Assembly: GCF_009914755.1 (NCBI RefSeq)
Contig: NC_060926.1
DNA length: 64,000 nucleotides
DNA from: the human T2T-CHM13v2.0 reference genome, Homo sapiens
Reading direction: 5' to 3' (one strand)
Positions 1-20,321 of this stretch are shown one piece after another. The notes beneath the pieces were generated by a model. The model did not search any database and had not been told where the DNA came from. It worked only from the letters and a program-made list of their open reading frames with translations. Each line of letters opens with the position of its first letter. Positions within the stretch are counted from its first letter, which is position 1. A program made the translations under genes and the position numbers.

Positions 1-259
1 GGCCATGAATTCAAAGAAGGAACAAAGCACAGCAGCATAAAAGGCTTTCTACCTAAAGCGAGACTAAGGACAGAAAACTTCACAATCTAGAACTAATTAA
101 CATCAAAAATACTGCACAATTCATCATAAAAAATCATTGGCATCTGAGAAAACTTATTTACAATTATTGTTAAGGACAAGTTTTTAGGTTTTGAATACAA
201 GTGACAAATATTTACATTACAAAACTTAAGTAATATAAGCCATATCTATTGATAAATAC

Positions 260-349
260 CTGCTCTATCTGTATTCCATAGCCTTTAAAACCTGCATTAT
301 CCCATGAAGTGTTCCGATAGATGTCATCAACTCTGTCAATTAGCTCTAT
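260..349 (-). CDS. ADAM17: ADAM17 exon 7 ([30 protein letters not shown]), catalytic domain; the gene continues beyond the left edge of the window
   Basis: Acceptor ACACAG|, donor CAG|GTATTT. 90 nt. Visible within ORF 212..406. Confidence 0.98.
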
Positions 350-696
350 CTGTGTGTATTTAAAAAAGAAAAAAGACATTATGTAACTCTTTACCTCTCC
401 TGGCAATGCAATATAAAATCTATGGGGAAAGAAAAAATCTCAGTTTAGAGGCCATTGCAAAAGTTTCTACTTTCGCAAAAACTAGCATTGAGATGTTACT
501 GTATCAGAGTATTCCCAACCTTTGGCCCCAAACTTAAAGTGCTGTTACCAGAATAAAACAATGGTATAGTTTAACCTAAATTTCAGGTACTCAATTGCAC
601 ATGGAACCAAAATGACAAGTAACAGGCTTTTTTAAAACTACCGTTTCAGCCAATAATAAAAATTAAATTTAAAAGTCAATCAGTATACCTGAAATA

Positions 697-1581
697 CAGT
701 TGACCCTTGAACAACAGATTTGAACTTCAAGTGTCCACTTACATATGGATTTCCTTGAGCCTCTGTCACCAGAGACAATATGATCAACTCTTCCTCTTCC
801 TCCTCAGCCTACTCAACATGAAGACCATTATGATGATCCACTTCCACTTAGTGAATAGTAAATGTATTTTTCTCTTCCTTATGATTTTCTTTTTTTTTTT
901 TCAAGAGACAAGGTCTTGCTCTGTCACCAGGGGTGCAGTACAGCGGCACGATCATAGCTCACTACAGCCTGAATTTCTGGACTCAAGCAATCCTCTCACC
1001 TCAGCCTCCTGAGTAACAGAAGACTACAGGCACACACCACCATGCTGGGCTTTTTTTTTTTTTTATGATTTTCATCATAACATTTTCCTTTCTCTAGCTT
1101 ACTTGATTGTAAGAACACAGTAATAATACATATTTTAAAAATGTGTTAATCAACTTATTTTATTGGTAAGGCTTCTGGTCAACAGTAGACTATTAGTAGT
1201 TAAATTTTTGGAGAATCAAAGTTATACAGTGGCCGGGCATAGTGGCTCATGCCTGTAATCCCAGCACCTTGGGAGGCTGAGGCAGGAGGATTGCTTAAGC
1301 TTAGAAGTTTGAGACCATCCTGGGAAATTCTCCATCTCTACTAAAAATCAAAAAACTTAGCCAGGAAGGGTGAACACCTGTTGTCCCAGCTAGAGGAGGC
1401 TGAGGTGGGAAGATTGCTTTGGCCCGGGCAATAGAGGCTGCAGCAAGCTATGATTTCACCACTGCACTCCGGCCTGGGCGACAGAGCCTTAAAAAAAAAA
1501 AGTCACGTGAGGATTTTCGACTGCAGAGGGAAGAAGGTCAGTGCTTCTAACCACACCCCCGCACTGTTCCTGGGTCAACTG
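697..1581 (+). mobile_element. Tigger2/MER28-type DNA transposon with two Alu insertions (887-1063 -, 1231-1500 +)
   Basis: TIRs CAGTTGACCCTTGAAC ... GTTCCTGGGTCAACTG flanked by TA TSDs. Confidence 0.85.
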
Positions 1582-2141
1582 TATTCCCTTCTAAAAAGAA
1601 TTCCATCTTCACTCTATCTCTTGGTGAGTACCTCGAATGTCTTCCCCAGAAACAAGTAAGGGGCCGTGGCAGACAACTGCCAACCCTATTCCCCCACTCT
1701 CACCCCAAAAAGTTCAGCACTGAGGAATGGGTAAGAAGACAGCCAGAAAGAACAAGGTTCATTTCAGCAACCCTCCTTCTTTTGTTCTCTGATTTGGGAA
1801 AACTGGAGAAGGAAGGCAGTATAGTTTCCAAGGAAAATGACATGAGAAAGAACAAAATGCTAATTACCTATCTTTTTCTCAAAGAGAATATTCTACTGTT
1901 CAAAAACTGGGTTGATGAGGTTTGTTCCAGCAACTGTGAAACAAGTTATGCCTAAGAAGTTGTAAAAAAATACAATTTTTAAGACTAGATCTCTCATTAT
2001 ATTCATATTTATAGTGCAATGAACAAAGAAGTAAAATAAGAGGAGCCCCTTAATATAAAACCCAGATTAAGAGAGAAGCTTTTTAAAGTAAAAATCTCTC
2101 TTATTTAGGAACAAGAATCACAGTGACTCTTACTAGCCTCA

Positions 2142-2506
<365 letters not shown>

Positions 2507-3123
2507 TCATGACGAATGAAGTCACACTAGCAAAAAATGTCAATGAAAAATGATTCCCCAGACTTCAAAAATCATAATAGTTCATACTTAAAAATCCAGT
2601 ATCATCACTTCTTACATCTTTCCTTCACTTCTGTGCCCTAGAACTAGTTATGACCATGAAAGTCCCACCTATTTCAAGTGAAGTCCAATGATTAGGTCTT
2701 TAACATGACAAACAAAACTCGCCTTCCTCTCTGAAATATACATATAAGCAAAAGAAAAACATGGGTTCATGCAAATACATATTTTTACATTCACATGTGA
2801 CACCACAGGTTCACTACCATGATAGCAGTGATGTTTTTAAAGAACTCACTTATATCAAGGAGGAAGGACTACATTATAACCTCTCCCAAACCCTATATGC
2901 ATAAATTCTAACATGCAGAAAATATTAGTTCAAGGGTAAAATGGGTTGTCACAAATTTGAAACTATAATTTCCATACAGTAACATAAAAACCTCAGAGAA
3001 TATCCCTCAAATATTTTAGGGAAATAACAGAGTATCTGGAACAGATCTGGTTGCATTAAGTTTCATGGAATGTACCCACCCAAATTTTTTTTTCAATTAC
3101 TCGATGCAATATCAAATACTTAC

Positions 3124-3257
3124 TAAGTAATTTGTAGTTGTACTCTCTTCCCCTCTGCCCATGTATCTGTAGAAGCGATGATCTGCTACCACCAATAATT
3201 TACACGTGTTCTTCATGGGATCTGGGTCAGCTCTTCTTTTCACTCGATGAACAAGCT
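3124..3257 (-). CDS. ADAM17: ADAM17 exon 6 ([45 protein letters not shown])
   Basis: Acceptor TATTAG|, donor TTA|GTAAGT. 134 nt. Furin site RVKR at the prodomain/catalytic domain boundary. Confidence 0.98.
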
Positions 3258-3526
3258 CTAATATGAATTTGTATGCACTATTAAATCAAAATTCACCAAA
3301 ACAAGGAGTTTTATGGTAACACTTTAAATCTAACATATTTTTGAAACAAACATTATGTGAGCTTAATATCACTAAAGGATTCTGAACAACAACAAAAAAT
3401 AATTTGGAGGAAGACAGAAAAGTGAAAAGTAACATAAAGTTAAAACACTGTAGAATTCAAAACCAAGGACAAGTGCCTCTTTAATTTTTCCAATACAGAA
3501 ACTTTAAAAAGTGCTCAACAGAGTAA

Positions 3527-3830
3527 GGCCGGGCATGTTGGCTCAGGCCTGTAATCCCAGCACTTTGCGAGGCCAAGGTGGGTGAATCACCTGAGGACGG
3601 GAGTTCGAGACCAGCCTGGCCAACATGATGAAACCCCATCTCTATTAAAAATACAAAAATTAGCCAGATATGGTGGCACCCGCCTGTAATCCCAGCTACT
3701 TGTAAGGCTGAGGCAGGAGAATCACTTCAACCCAGGGTGCGGAGGTTGCAGTGAGCCAAGATTGTGCCATTGCACTCAAGCCAGGGCGACAAAAGTGAGA
3801 CTTCATCTCTAAATAAATAAATAAATAAAT
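3527..3830 (+). mobile_element. AluS with (TAAA)n tail
   Basis: Full dimer. TSD AGTGCTCAACAGAGTAA. Confidence 0.92.
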
Positions 3831-4052
3831 AGTGCTCAACAGAGTAAAACAGTCACCTAATGCTGGGCTATGAAGCTGTCAGTCATATTCTACAACAAGA
3901 AGTTTATGAATTAACCAATGTAACAGTAAAAATGTCAAGATATTCACATTGAAAATTAGTTTAATAGGACAACTTTCTTGTGAAATAAATTAAGAATTTC
4001 TTTATTTATATATTAAAATGCTAATATATAATTTTAATAACATAACCGTCTT

Positions 4053-4296
4053 TGGCCGGGCATGTTGGTGCACGCCTGTAATCCCAACACTTTGGGAGGC
4101 TGAGGTGGGCAGATCACTTGAGGCCAGGAGTTTGAGAACAGCCTGACCAACATGGTGAAACCCCATCTCCACTAAAAATACAAAAATTAGCCAGGCCTGG
4201 TGGCACATGCCTATAATCCAGCTACTCAGGAGTCTGAGGCAGGAGAATCACCTGAACCTGGAAGTCAAAGGTTGCAGTGAGCCGAGATCGCGCTGC

Positions 4297-4328
<32 letters not shown>

Positions 4329-4330
4329 AA
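4053..4330 (+). mobile_element. AluS with 3' deletion and (AAAAC)n tail
   Basis: Alu consensus breaks after GAGATCGCGC. Confidence 0.88.
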
Positions 4331-4803
4331 ACCTAACCAGAGGTGTTTTGGGCAGTAAAATTCCAAGATGGTTACGTTTTTTAAATGACCCTAAATGGAT
4401 TGTCCCAAGATGGATATAACCTTCTTGTATTCTAAGCAGTATATATATAGGTCCCTCCTACTACCAATTAATTTCTTATAAACTCTAAAGATTGTCTTTC
4501 CACCATATTATTTTATCATTTCTAAATATCTGCAGGAATATTTTCCCTCAGATCACTCCATTTCCCTTTTCCCTAATCTTTTTTAAAGTCTAATCTCTGT
4601 TGTTCCCATTATTTTCCAGAGTTTTCAACTCTTACATTACAAACAAAAGAAGATGAAAATTTCTGGAACAAACCTCTTATTTTCATGCCAAATACTATAG
4701 TTACTTGACAATCATGTTATTTTTTAACAAATAACAACCACCCCTACTGAAGTCAATTGTAGTATGTTTGTTTCTTATTTGAAATACACTCTTTAAGTCT
4801 TAC

Positions 4804-4972
4804 CTTCAGGTGGTTCTCTGTCTACTAACCCTTTTGGGAGCAACTCTTCATTATCCACTTTTAAATAACCACACACTTTTGGAGACTGCAAACGTGAAAC
4901 ATTCTTGATATCTTCAGATTTATAAACTAACATTCTTTTGTCTTTGGTATCATTAACAAATCTCCAAAGTGG
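4804..4972 (-). CDS. ADAM17: ADAM17 exon 5 ([56 protein letters not shown])
   Basis: Acceptor TGTTTTAG|, donor AAG|GTAAGA. 169 nt. Contains the cysteine-switch motif PKVCGY. Confidence 0.98.
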
Positions 4973-5719
4973 CTAAAACAGAAAATATATACGACTGAGA
5001 TGGAAAACAATAATAATTCCTAAACACTAAATTCTTCTAACATTCTTTGCTTGTTCTTAGATAACATTCATTTCTAGGTTAAGTAAACTGATTAGTCATG
5101 TTATTAAAATAAATAATCTCAATTTTTAATCATATGGAGTTTCTATGCAGGAAAGTAAATACATAGATTATAAACTCTGATTATTTTATCTGTATATAAA
5201 TAAAGCCTTACATACTTTGCACGTTGTGAAATCTTTCAGAGGATGCAGAAGAGAAAAATGCATATCATTTTCCACTCATTCATTCAAAAATATTATGTAA
5301 TATCTACTGTACACTGGCACTGTTATAGGTGATGGTGCTATAGTAATGAAAATTGGACAAGGTTTCTGTTCATGCAGCATTTTCATTTTAGTTTCCTTAA
5401 TACTTAGGTGTTTGACACCTTTTTGCCACGTTAGGTTTTATCCACACAAAAGAACAAACATATTTATATGAAAGAAAACTCAGAACTTGTAACAATAGGT
5501 CTGAACCTTATTACTTGTTTCAGCGAACGCAGTTTTTAAACAAAATCTCCACTTACAATGTTACAAGGCCAGAGTAAATCACAATTAACATACTCCAAAG
5601 GTTACCCAAGTCAAAAGGCTGTTTGTTTGTTTTGTTTCAAAGCAAAGTTATTCTCTGTAAGAACACTGGTCTCATCAGAACCAGGCAGTTTGTGGGGGGA
5701 CACACAAAAAATATATTTA

Positions 5720-7090
<1,371 letters not shown>

Positions 7091-7963
7091 TGCATATACA
7101 TCTTTGGTAATCCATGTATGAGGCAGATGTAAGAAACAAGGGTTACAGAATTTCAGGGTTGGCAGAGATCTCAAAAGTTAACTAACCCAACTTCCGGGCT
7201 ACAGGAATCTTCCATATTTAGTAAAGTTCATTTAGCCTATGAATAGGAGTGAAATTTTTTTTCTTTTGGGTCAAACATTTCTAAGTTCACATTGATTGTT
7301 TCCTAGTATAGTCAGTCCAGCACAGAAAAAGACAGCTGGCTTTGGGATCAGATATATCTGAGTTCAAACCTCAACCATACCTCACTATGTGCCTTGGACA
7401 AGTACCCTGAGCATAACCTCCCTCATTAGGTAAAGTAGTGATAATACCTAACTTGAAGATTATGAAGATTATGTAGGTAATAAATCTAGTTTTATATTAA
7501 CATTTCAAAAGAAAAGTGGTTGTTATTAATAAAAGCTAAGGCTATTACCATTATTACTAGTAAGTTGCTGGAAAAAATAATTTGATGAGTAATTGACTAA
7601 AAGGCAGAAAACTGGATTGGATCCTGGACTGGAAAACCAAAAAAAATCTACAAAGGAGATTTTGAGGATGACTAGAGATTTTGACTATGGCATGATTATT
7701 AGATAATATTGTAGAATTCTTGTCATTTTCTCAGGTATGTTACTTTTATTACAGCTATAGAAAAGAGTGCCTTTATTCCTAAGGATGCATACAGAAGTAT
7801 TTAGGGGTGAAGGGTCATGATGTTTGCAAATGATTTTCATATGATTCACGAAAAAAAGAGAGAAAGCTAACAGGACATTATGTTAGAAATTGTTTAAGGG
7901 CTACAGGGTATTTTTTAAAAAAATCTTTCTGTAACTACAGGGTACTTTTTAATCTTTCTGTAG

Positions 7964-11581
<3,618 letters not shown>

Positions 11582-12851
11582 CTAATTTAGATCTATATTA
11601 ACACGAAAAGGTTCATAATCATATTGTTAAACGAAAAATGTGTGAAGACAAACTGTACATATTGTATGGTCCTAGTTTTGCAGGAAAAAATAGTGGGTAT
11701 AACTATATTTATTTGTGTATTTACACATAGAAAAAAAAATTTGGAAGGATGTCTGTCAAAATGTCAATAGTAGTTATCTGTCCAAGTACAGATAATCTAT
11801 TTTCCGAATTTTGCAATGAGCATATATTTTAAAATAAAGGTATTCTTAAAAAATAAATTGATTTGAAAGAACAGGCAAATTTAAGACATTCCAGTGATGC
11901 TTTGCCTATTCTAGAATGAATGCATTTATAATATTAGTTCCTTTACTTTCTACTAAATTTCTGACTCTTTCTGGTAGGCCAGACTCCTCAAAACATTGAC
12001 ATTAAATAGCTTAAACATTAACAAACTATAACATACTGCAAGGCCATAGGTTTCTTTTTCACAATAATGGACAGTCAAAGGACTAACAGTCATGTAGATT
12101 GGATATAATTAAAACATATAGTATATATAGCTCCAGCAGACTGTTTTACCCCTATTAAGCACTCAAATACACCTGAACATTTCATTTTGACCAATCTTAC
12201 TCAGTTTTCCCACAGGTGATCTATTTTAGTGATATCACCACCACCACCCAGAGTCTTCTCATTTTTCAGGAAACACAGAATCAACTTCAATTCACAATTA
12301 TGAGGAAACGTTTTGTTTTGTAGACTAATATCTGACAGATAGATATGTGTCTTAACCAATGCAGCCACTGTGGTCTTGATTTCTATTGCTACTCTTTCAA
12401 TGGAAGAGTGACCACAGCCTGACTTTCCTAGCTTCCTCTTTAACTTCTCAGACTATGAACTACCACCTTTCATTGATCTAGCATTTCCAGTGTGTCTAGC
12501 AGAAAAACAGAGAAATTGAAAAATAATACTTCACTTTTCATTTCTGAGGATGTTTACATTTATTATTTGAGAAAGAATTAAAAAATGAGTCAGGAGGGAA
12601 AGAAAGTTTTCTCTTCCTATTATCCATCCCACATGTAACTCTCTCAATTATGGTACTTAGAAATACAGGGTGTATCATAACACAGCTTCTTAGAGATTAT
12701 CCTTTTTTAAAAAGTCTACTTTCCTAGTAAAAAACTTCAAATACGAAGAGGAAAGAAATAAGTATAATTACTTTTCACCTTTGCAGAACTGAGCAGCTTT
12801 TTGAAAATCAGAGATATAAGCTACTGAAAAAAAATTCACATATAAATTTAC

Positions 12852-12940
12852 CTCTATGTTATATTCGGCCCCATCTGTGTTGATTCTGATTATAACATCA
12901 TCATCTCTTATGTGGGCTAGAACCCTAGAGTCAGGCTCAC
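12852..12940 (-). CDS. ADAM17: ADAM17 exon 4 ([29 protein letters not shown])
   Basis: Acceptor T-tract-CTCTTAAG|, donor GAG|GTAAAT. 89 nt. Confidence 0.98.
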
Positions 12941-13715
12941 CTTAAGAGAAAAAAAAAATTATTATTTAAAAATACTTACATCAAATAAGAAACTATGCAT
13001 TACTCTCAATAAAAATTAAATCCTTCAGGGTGGAATTTGCCTAGTACTGTGAGAGCTCTGCAAAACAAGAAACAAAGGCTCCAGAAAGAAGCTAGATAAT
13101 CTCAACTCCTAAGGGGTAGCCTCAAGTTTAGTCACTTGAAACCTATCCCTTTCCCAAAACAAACAAAACTGCTAAGATTTTCTTCTGGAATAATTTTATC
13201 TACTTCTAGGTAAAGGAAGAACTAAGAGAGACAGAAAGCATGATTTAGAATGTACAGGCCTAGGAACTATACTATTTGTGGATTTCAATGACATTTTTTT
13301 TTCTCATTGCAGAAAAAGGTCAAAAAGTAAACTGCAATTGCTTGTTTGATAAATTTTCTCAAATACATACGTAATAGGATCACCAAGTATTTTATCTCCA
13401 AGCTTCCCTGTTTAAAATATCATAAAGAAAGCTTACAGTCACTGAGGAAAAGAAAGGTTAAATTCCTATCACTTAAGAAGAATTTAATTTTAATCATTAA
13501 ACCAGCCAGCTAGTATGACATTTAGATAATACTCATTTCCTTCTATTAGAATGTTCCTGCCTCTAAACTTATATACCTCAAAGAAAAGTCAAAGAATAGC
13601 ACTTCTATGACACCCCGTCCCCACTATCCTGCACCAGAAAAGAATATGCAATCAAGTTAGATTTGGAGACCTAATACACCAGACACAGGGGCAAACCAAC
13701 AAGCTCCATACTAAC

Positions 13716-13846
13716 CAACCACGTGTCCAGTGAAGAAGTCCTGCCATTTTACAGTGTACTCGCTTTCGTTTTTACCATCCACCACCACGACCTTGAAATT
13801 TTGTGAAAAACGTTCAGTACTTGATGTCAGGTATAATTTAAAATGC
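13716..13846 (-). CDS. ADAM17: ADAM17 exon 3 ([44 protein letters not shown])
   Basis: Acceptor TTTTTCTTCAG|, donor TTG|GTTAGT. 131 nt, frame continuous. Confidence 0.98.
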
Positions 13847-14469
13847 CTGAAGAAAAATGCATTCATATTTTACTCTAAGCACACAAATTTTAAGTCTCAT
13901 TTTCACATAATTAAACTTTCTTAAAAAGCCAGAAGCATTGACATTAATAAAACACTATGCAAGTTACAACTAAAGTCTTATTAGGTACTTAGAGCAATAT
14001 ATCTCCTGTAACGACAAATGAACTAATTTATTTAGCTATAAAAACAGCAGATCACAATAAACTCACACTAGGGTAAAGATATTCAAAGAACTTATACATT
14101 CATCTCTCCTGGAAAACACTGAAGAATAAGGAAACACACATGACTGCGTAGTTAAGTTGGAATCCTGATTATCTAAAAAAATTATTATCAAAAACTAATC
14201 CTATTATATACCATTTATTGAACACCTACTTGGTGTTAGGTACTATGCATCTATTATCCCCACTTCACACAAGTACAAATTGAGGCTTGGAAGCTAATCA
14301 ACCTACTCAAAGTTACACAGCTAGTAAATGGTGAAACTGGGAAATAAACCTGGTTTATTTCAAAACCCTGTACTATGCTGTCTCTATCAAGCTGGGTGGA
14401 CTATGAGAAAATTCTTATTGCTGTGCAAAATTAATAAATGCTGCTTTCTATATTTAAAAGTACTCATGC

Positions 14470-14756
14470 GGCCGTGCGTAGTGGCTCACGCCTGTAATCC
14501 CAGCACTTTGGGAGGTTGAGCTGGGCGGATCACGAGGTCAGGAGATCGAGACCATCCTGGCTAACACAGCGAAACCCCATCTCTACTAAAAATACAAAAA
14601 TTAGCCAGGCATGGTGGCGGGTGCCTATAGTCCCAGCTACTTGGGAGGCTGAGGCAGGAGAATGGAGTGAACCCGGGAGGCGGAGCCTGCTGTGAGCCGA
14701 GATCGCCAGCCTGGTTGACAGCGCGAGACTCCCGCTCAAAATAAGAAAAAAAAAAA
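14470..14756 (+). mobile_element. AluY with a small right-arm deletion
   Basis: AluY diagnostics (GAGATCGAGACCATCCTGGCTAACAC, GAGAATGG). TSD AAAAGTACTC(A/G)TGC. Confidence 0.9.
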
Positions 14757-14887
14757 GTACTCGTGCTTTTTTTCCTCCTCAAAACAACATATCTTGCAAA
14801 AAAGTAACCCACAATTACAGTTAGGAAAATAAATACAAGGTATCTAAGACAGACATTAGAATATAGACTCCATTGGCACCAGAAGAC

Positions 14888-15066
14888 AGGAAAAGAGGGG
14901 AGGGGAGGGGAGGGGAGGGGAGGGGAGGAGAGGGGGAGGAGAGGGGAGGAGAGGGGGAGGAGAGGGGAAGGGGAGGGGGAAGAGAGGGGAAGGGAAGGGG
15001 AAGGGAGGGGAAGGGAGGGGAGGGGAAGGGAGGGGAGGAGAGGGGAGGGGAGGGGAGGGGAGGGGG
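14888..15066 (+). repeat. Pure-purine (GGGGA/GGGAA)n low-complexity tract
   Basis: ~179 nt with no pyrimidine. Confidence 0.97.
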
Positions 15067-16140
15067 TATACACTTCAGTTCTTTAGTGGGCTTACTATTC
15101 TTTTTGTTGAGTTTCAGTCCAGTTCTTTAATTGGCTTACTATTCTTTTTGTTTTCTGTGACTTTCCATCCTTACATGAAAACTAGGAGTGGTGAGCAAGA
15201 CTTTCTCAAGTATTATTTATAGTCTTTCAATGTGTCCATGAACACCAAAGACAAAGAAAGGTATATTATTCATCTCACCCACAGAAACAAATTTTGTCAG
15301 CTGTTGTACTGAAAATATATTACTTCCCCATGGGATTGCAAAAGTCTTTAAACTACCGGAAAGAAATCTAGACTGGGACTATCTCCATGGCAACAAATAT
15401 TTTTAACTTTTTGAGCATAACAAGGTAATTTTAGTTTGCTTGTGGTTTTTTAATGGTCAAAGGGAAAAGACAATAGAACATTATTTCGTAAATCCTTGGA
15501 ACATTTTCTTCTGCTATCCTAAAACATATCTTCCCACACATTCTCAGTTATGATTTTTCCCTCCAGTTATGCTGAGAACTTTCAAAAGCATACTTATTAT
15601 AAATGTCTTATTATTTTGTTTTAAAGCTAAGAGTTGCAACATTACTTAATGTTCTTTTCAGAAAGAAATCAGTGGAATTGCATTTTTCATTTGCTACATT
15701 AAGAATCTTTTCTAAAGATAAAGACCAAGCGATTATAAAATTCATGTTTTTTGATTTTCCAATATTAGCTTTTGAGTTATAAAACGTCCAACAGAATGTC
15801 AAAATTTCTTTTACTTTATCCTCCCAAAATTATGTGAAGTCATTTTCTTACAGATTTCTTTAACGTTTTATCTTTCTGACTTTTGACTTAAGAATTTACA
15901 GTAACTAAAGACCAGCTAACCAGTTTGAATTAACATTATTACCCTAACCATTTTTAATGGTCCATTTAGTCAGGTATATCACTTTCATTTCTTTATCAGT
16001 TCTAGACCTTCTCAAGTAATCTGATATATTTCACTTTTAGGAGAAACATTTAACTTTTTCCAAAAAAATTCAGGCAACATCAAAAAAGTATCAAAACAGT
16101 ATATACTCCGCAGCTTTTTCGTTATTTAAAAATAAGATAA

Positions 16141-16452
<312 letters not shown>

Positions 16453-16769
16453 GATAATTTCTTGATTTATAACAAAAAGGAAATGAAACTTGTAAGGCAA
16501 ATTTTAAACAAGTTTCTTTTTTTCTTAAGTTACTTCAACTCTTCATACAACCTCTCAGTGTTTCTATGCTTTTTCAACCTCTAATAGTTACATCCAAATT
16601 TAATGCAATGATCTTGGTTTAAATTACTTTGCCTTCCACTGCTATCGAAAAACGGAATCTTCTCATTTACTATCAAGTAATGAGGGGTTTCATAGAGTTA
16701 ATTCAGCCCTGATACAAACTGATTACTTCAGCTATCTTTGTTTTTGTTCTTGTTTTAAACTTTAATGAC

Positions 16770-17420
16770 GCAATATGATAGAAAAGAAAGGGTATGGGCT
16801 TTGGAGTCTGACAAACTTGGCTTAAGTCCTACTTTCATTTACTCACTGTCCGACCTTGGCCTCAATCTTTGAATCCTAAGTATTTATCTACAAATGGAAA
16901 TAATATCACCTAATAACTGAACGGTTTTGGGGATTAAAGGAAATAACCTATTTTAAAACACCTGGTATAAAATTCCATAGACTGTTAGATAAATTTCCCA
17001 TTAAATATTTAGTATGGAAACTTTGTAAAATAAATTACATACTTCCCTGCTTTCTTACAGAGAAAAGATAACAAGTGGCTACGATTTAATATTTTCTTAG
17101 GGAATCAATGTCATCTACGAAACTTGAAAGAGAAATATGTAAGGCTATGGAAGTTTTTGCCTCTAGAATACGGATTCTACAGGCCACTTCAAATCCAAAG
17201 AAACCCAAAAAGCTAAACTTTGAGTTCTTTTCATTTTATAGTTTCCTCACTCTTCCTTCGCTCCTACTTATTTCTTGCTACTATATCCACTTCTTCACCA
17301 AACTCTCCACCAGTATAGCAGAAATAACACAAGTTTTGGAGTCCAACCTTTGTTCAAATCTTGTATCTGTCATTTACTAGCTGAGTAATCTTGGGCAAGT
17401 TACTAAGCTGTCTAAGCCTT
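16770..17420. mobile_element. MIR fragments (~16770-17000, ~17310-17420)
   Basis: MIR core-like GGCTTTGGAGTC...ACCTTGG and TTACTAGCTGAGTAATCTTGGGCAAGTTAC. Confidence 0.6.
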
Positions 17421-17744
17421 AATTTTTTTTTTTTTGTTCCTTCAAAAAAGGAATCACTTTTAGAGATAACTTATGTAAAATGCCAGTAAATTACAGAAAA
17501 TAAGTACCTGATTAACTGTAGCTATTAATATTACCAATCTGCTCAAATTTGGTGTAAGTTGAAAGCTAATAACCAATACTATAATATTCTGACATAAAAT
17601 CGAATAAAAAGAAGTCATTAAAAAATAACCTAAGGATAATTGCAATAGCTAGGAAAAATTAATTTGCATTAAAAATTTGCCTAAAATAACCACATGACAA
17701 TGAACCAATCTCCTTAATATACTAAGCACTGCTACAATTCAGTA

Positions 17745-18260
17745 GTTAGAAAGACAAATTCAATAGAAAAATAGTCAAAAGAGATAAAAAGGCAGTTTAC
17801 AGAAATATAAAACAAATTACTTACAAATATATAAAAAGATGCTCAATGTCACACAAAATGAAAATCAAAACAACTATAAAATGCCATGCCCTTTAGAGGG
17901 GTGACAGTTAAAGGCTGATAAACCTACTATTGGCAAAGATAACAGGAAACAGGTAAACTCATATATTGCTGCTGGAAGAATAAATTTGTCAAATCTCTTT
18001 GGGAGGAAAGAGCAATATCAATAAACATAGTATACATATCCTTGACCCAGTAATTCTCCTTCCAGGAATATATCCTATAAAAACACCTCATCAAGGTACA
18101 CATTTACAAAGATACTCACTAGAGCACTGTTTGTTGTATTAAAAAAATCACTTTGGTTAAACAATATCCATCTGTAGTGTATTAGTCAGTATGTTGTTAC
18201 AATTCTATGCAATAGGAATATTTATGCAGCTGTTTAAAATGAGGTAAATATGCTATCTAT
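17745..18260 (+). mobile_element. Old L1M (L1ME-like) 3' fragment
   Basis: AAAAGATGCTCAA, CTCATATATTGCTGCTGG and TTGACCCAGTAATTC motifs. Confidence 0.65.
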
Positions 18261-18316
18261 ATCACCTATACACACACAGAGACCTATAGGCAAAAAACAT
18301 GCATTAAAATATTTTG

Positions 18317-20033
<1,717 letters not shown>

Positions 20034-20188
20034 CCAGTATGAATTTTAGAATAAGCATTATACTGGAAATTAATTACAAATCTTTAAAATGTAATTTCCC
20101 AAGATTTCAGTAGATACCCTTACTTTTTTGTTTTTGCCAAACCAAGCCCCCAGTGCCCCAACATTATTCCATGAATAATTCAAATTAC

Positions 20189-20321
20189 CTTTTCAAAGCT
20201 GAAAAAGTTAGTAGTGTTTCTACATGTGTTGAAGTCTGTAGATCTCTTTTTCTTACCGAATGCTGCTGGATATTAGATAAAGAGAGAATATCGTAGTCTG
20301 AGAGCAAAGAATCAAGCTTCT
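20189..20321 (-). CDS. ADAM17: ADAM17 exon 2 (prodomain, [45 protein letters not shown])
   Basis: Acceptor TTATTTCAG|, donor AAG|GTAATT. 133 nt, in frame with exon 1. Contains the upstream proprotein-convertase site RKR. Confidence 0.98.

Noticed and set aside
212-406. ORF 212..406 as a standalone gene
   Set aside because: Only 260-349 is coding (ADAM17 exon 7); the rest is intronic read-through.
14561-15130. Pro/Ser/Leu-rich 170-aa ORF and Gly/Glu/Arg-rich 85-aa ORF
   Set aside because: Artefacts of the (GGGGA)n tract plus an AluY.
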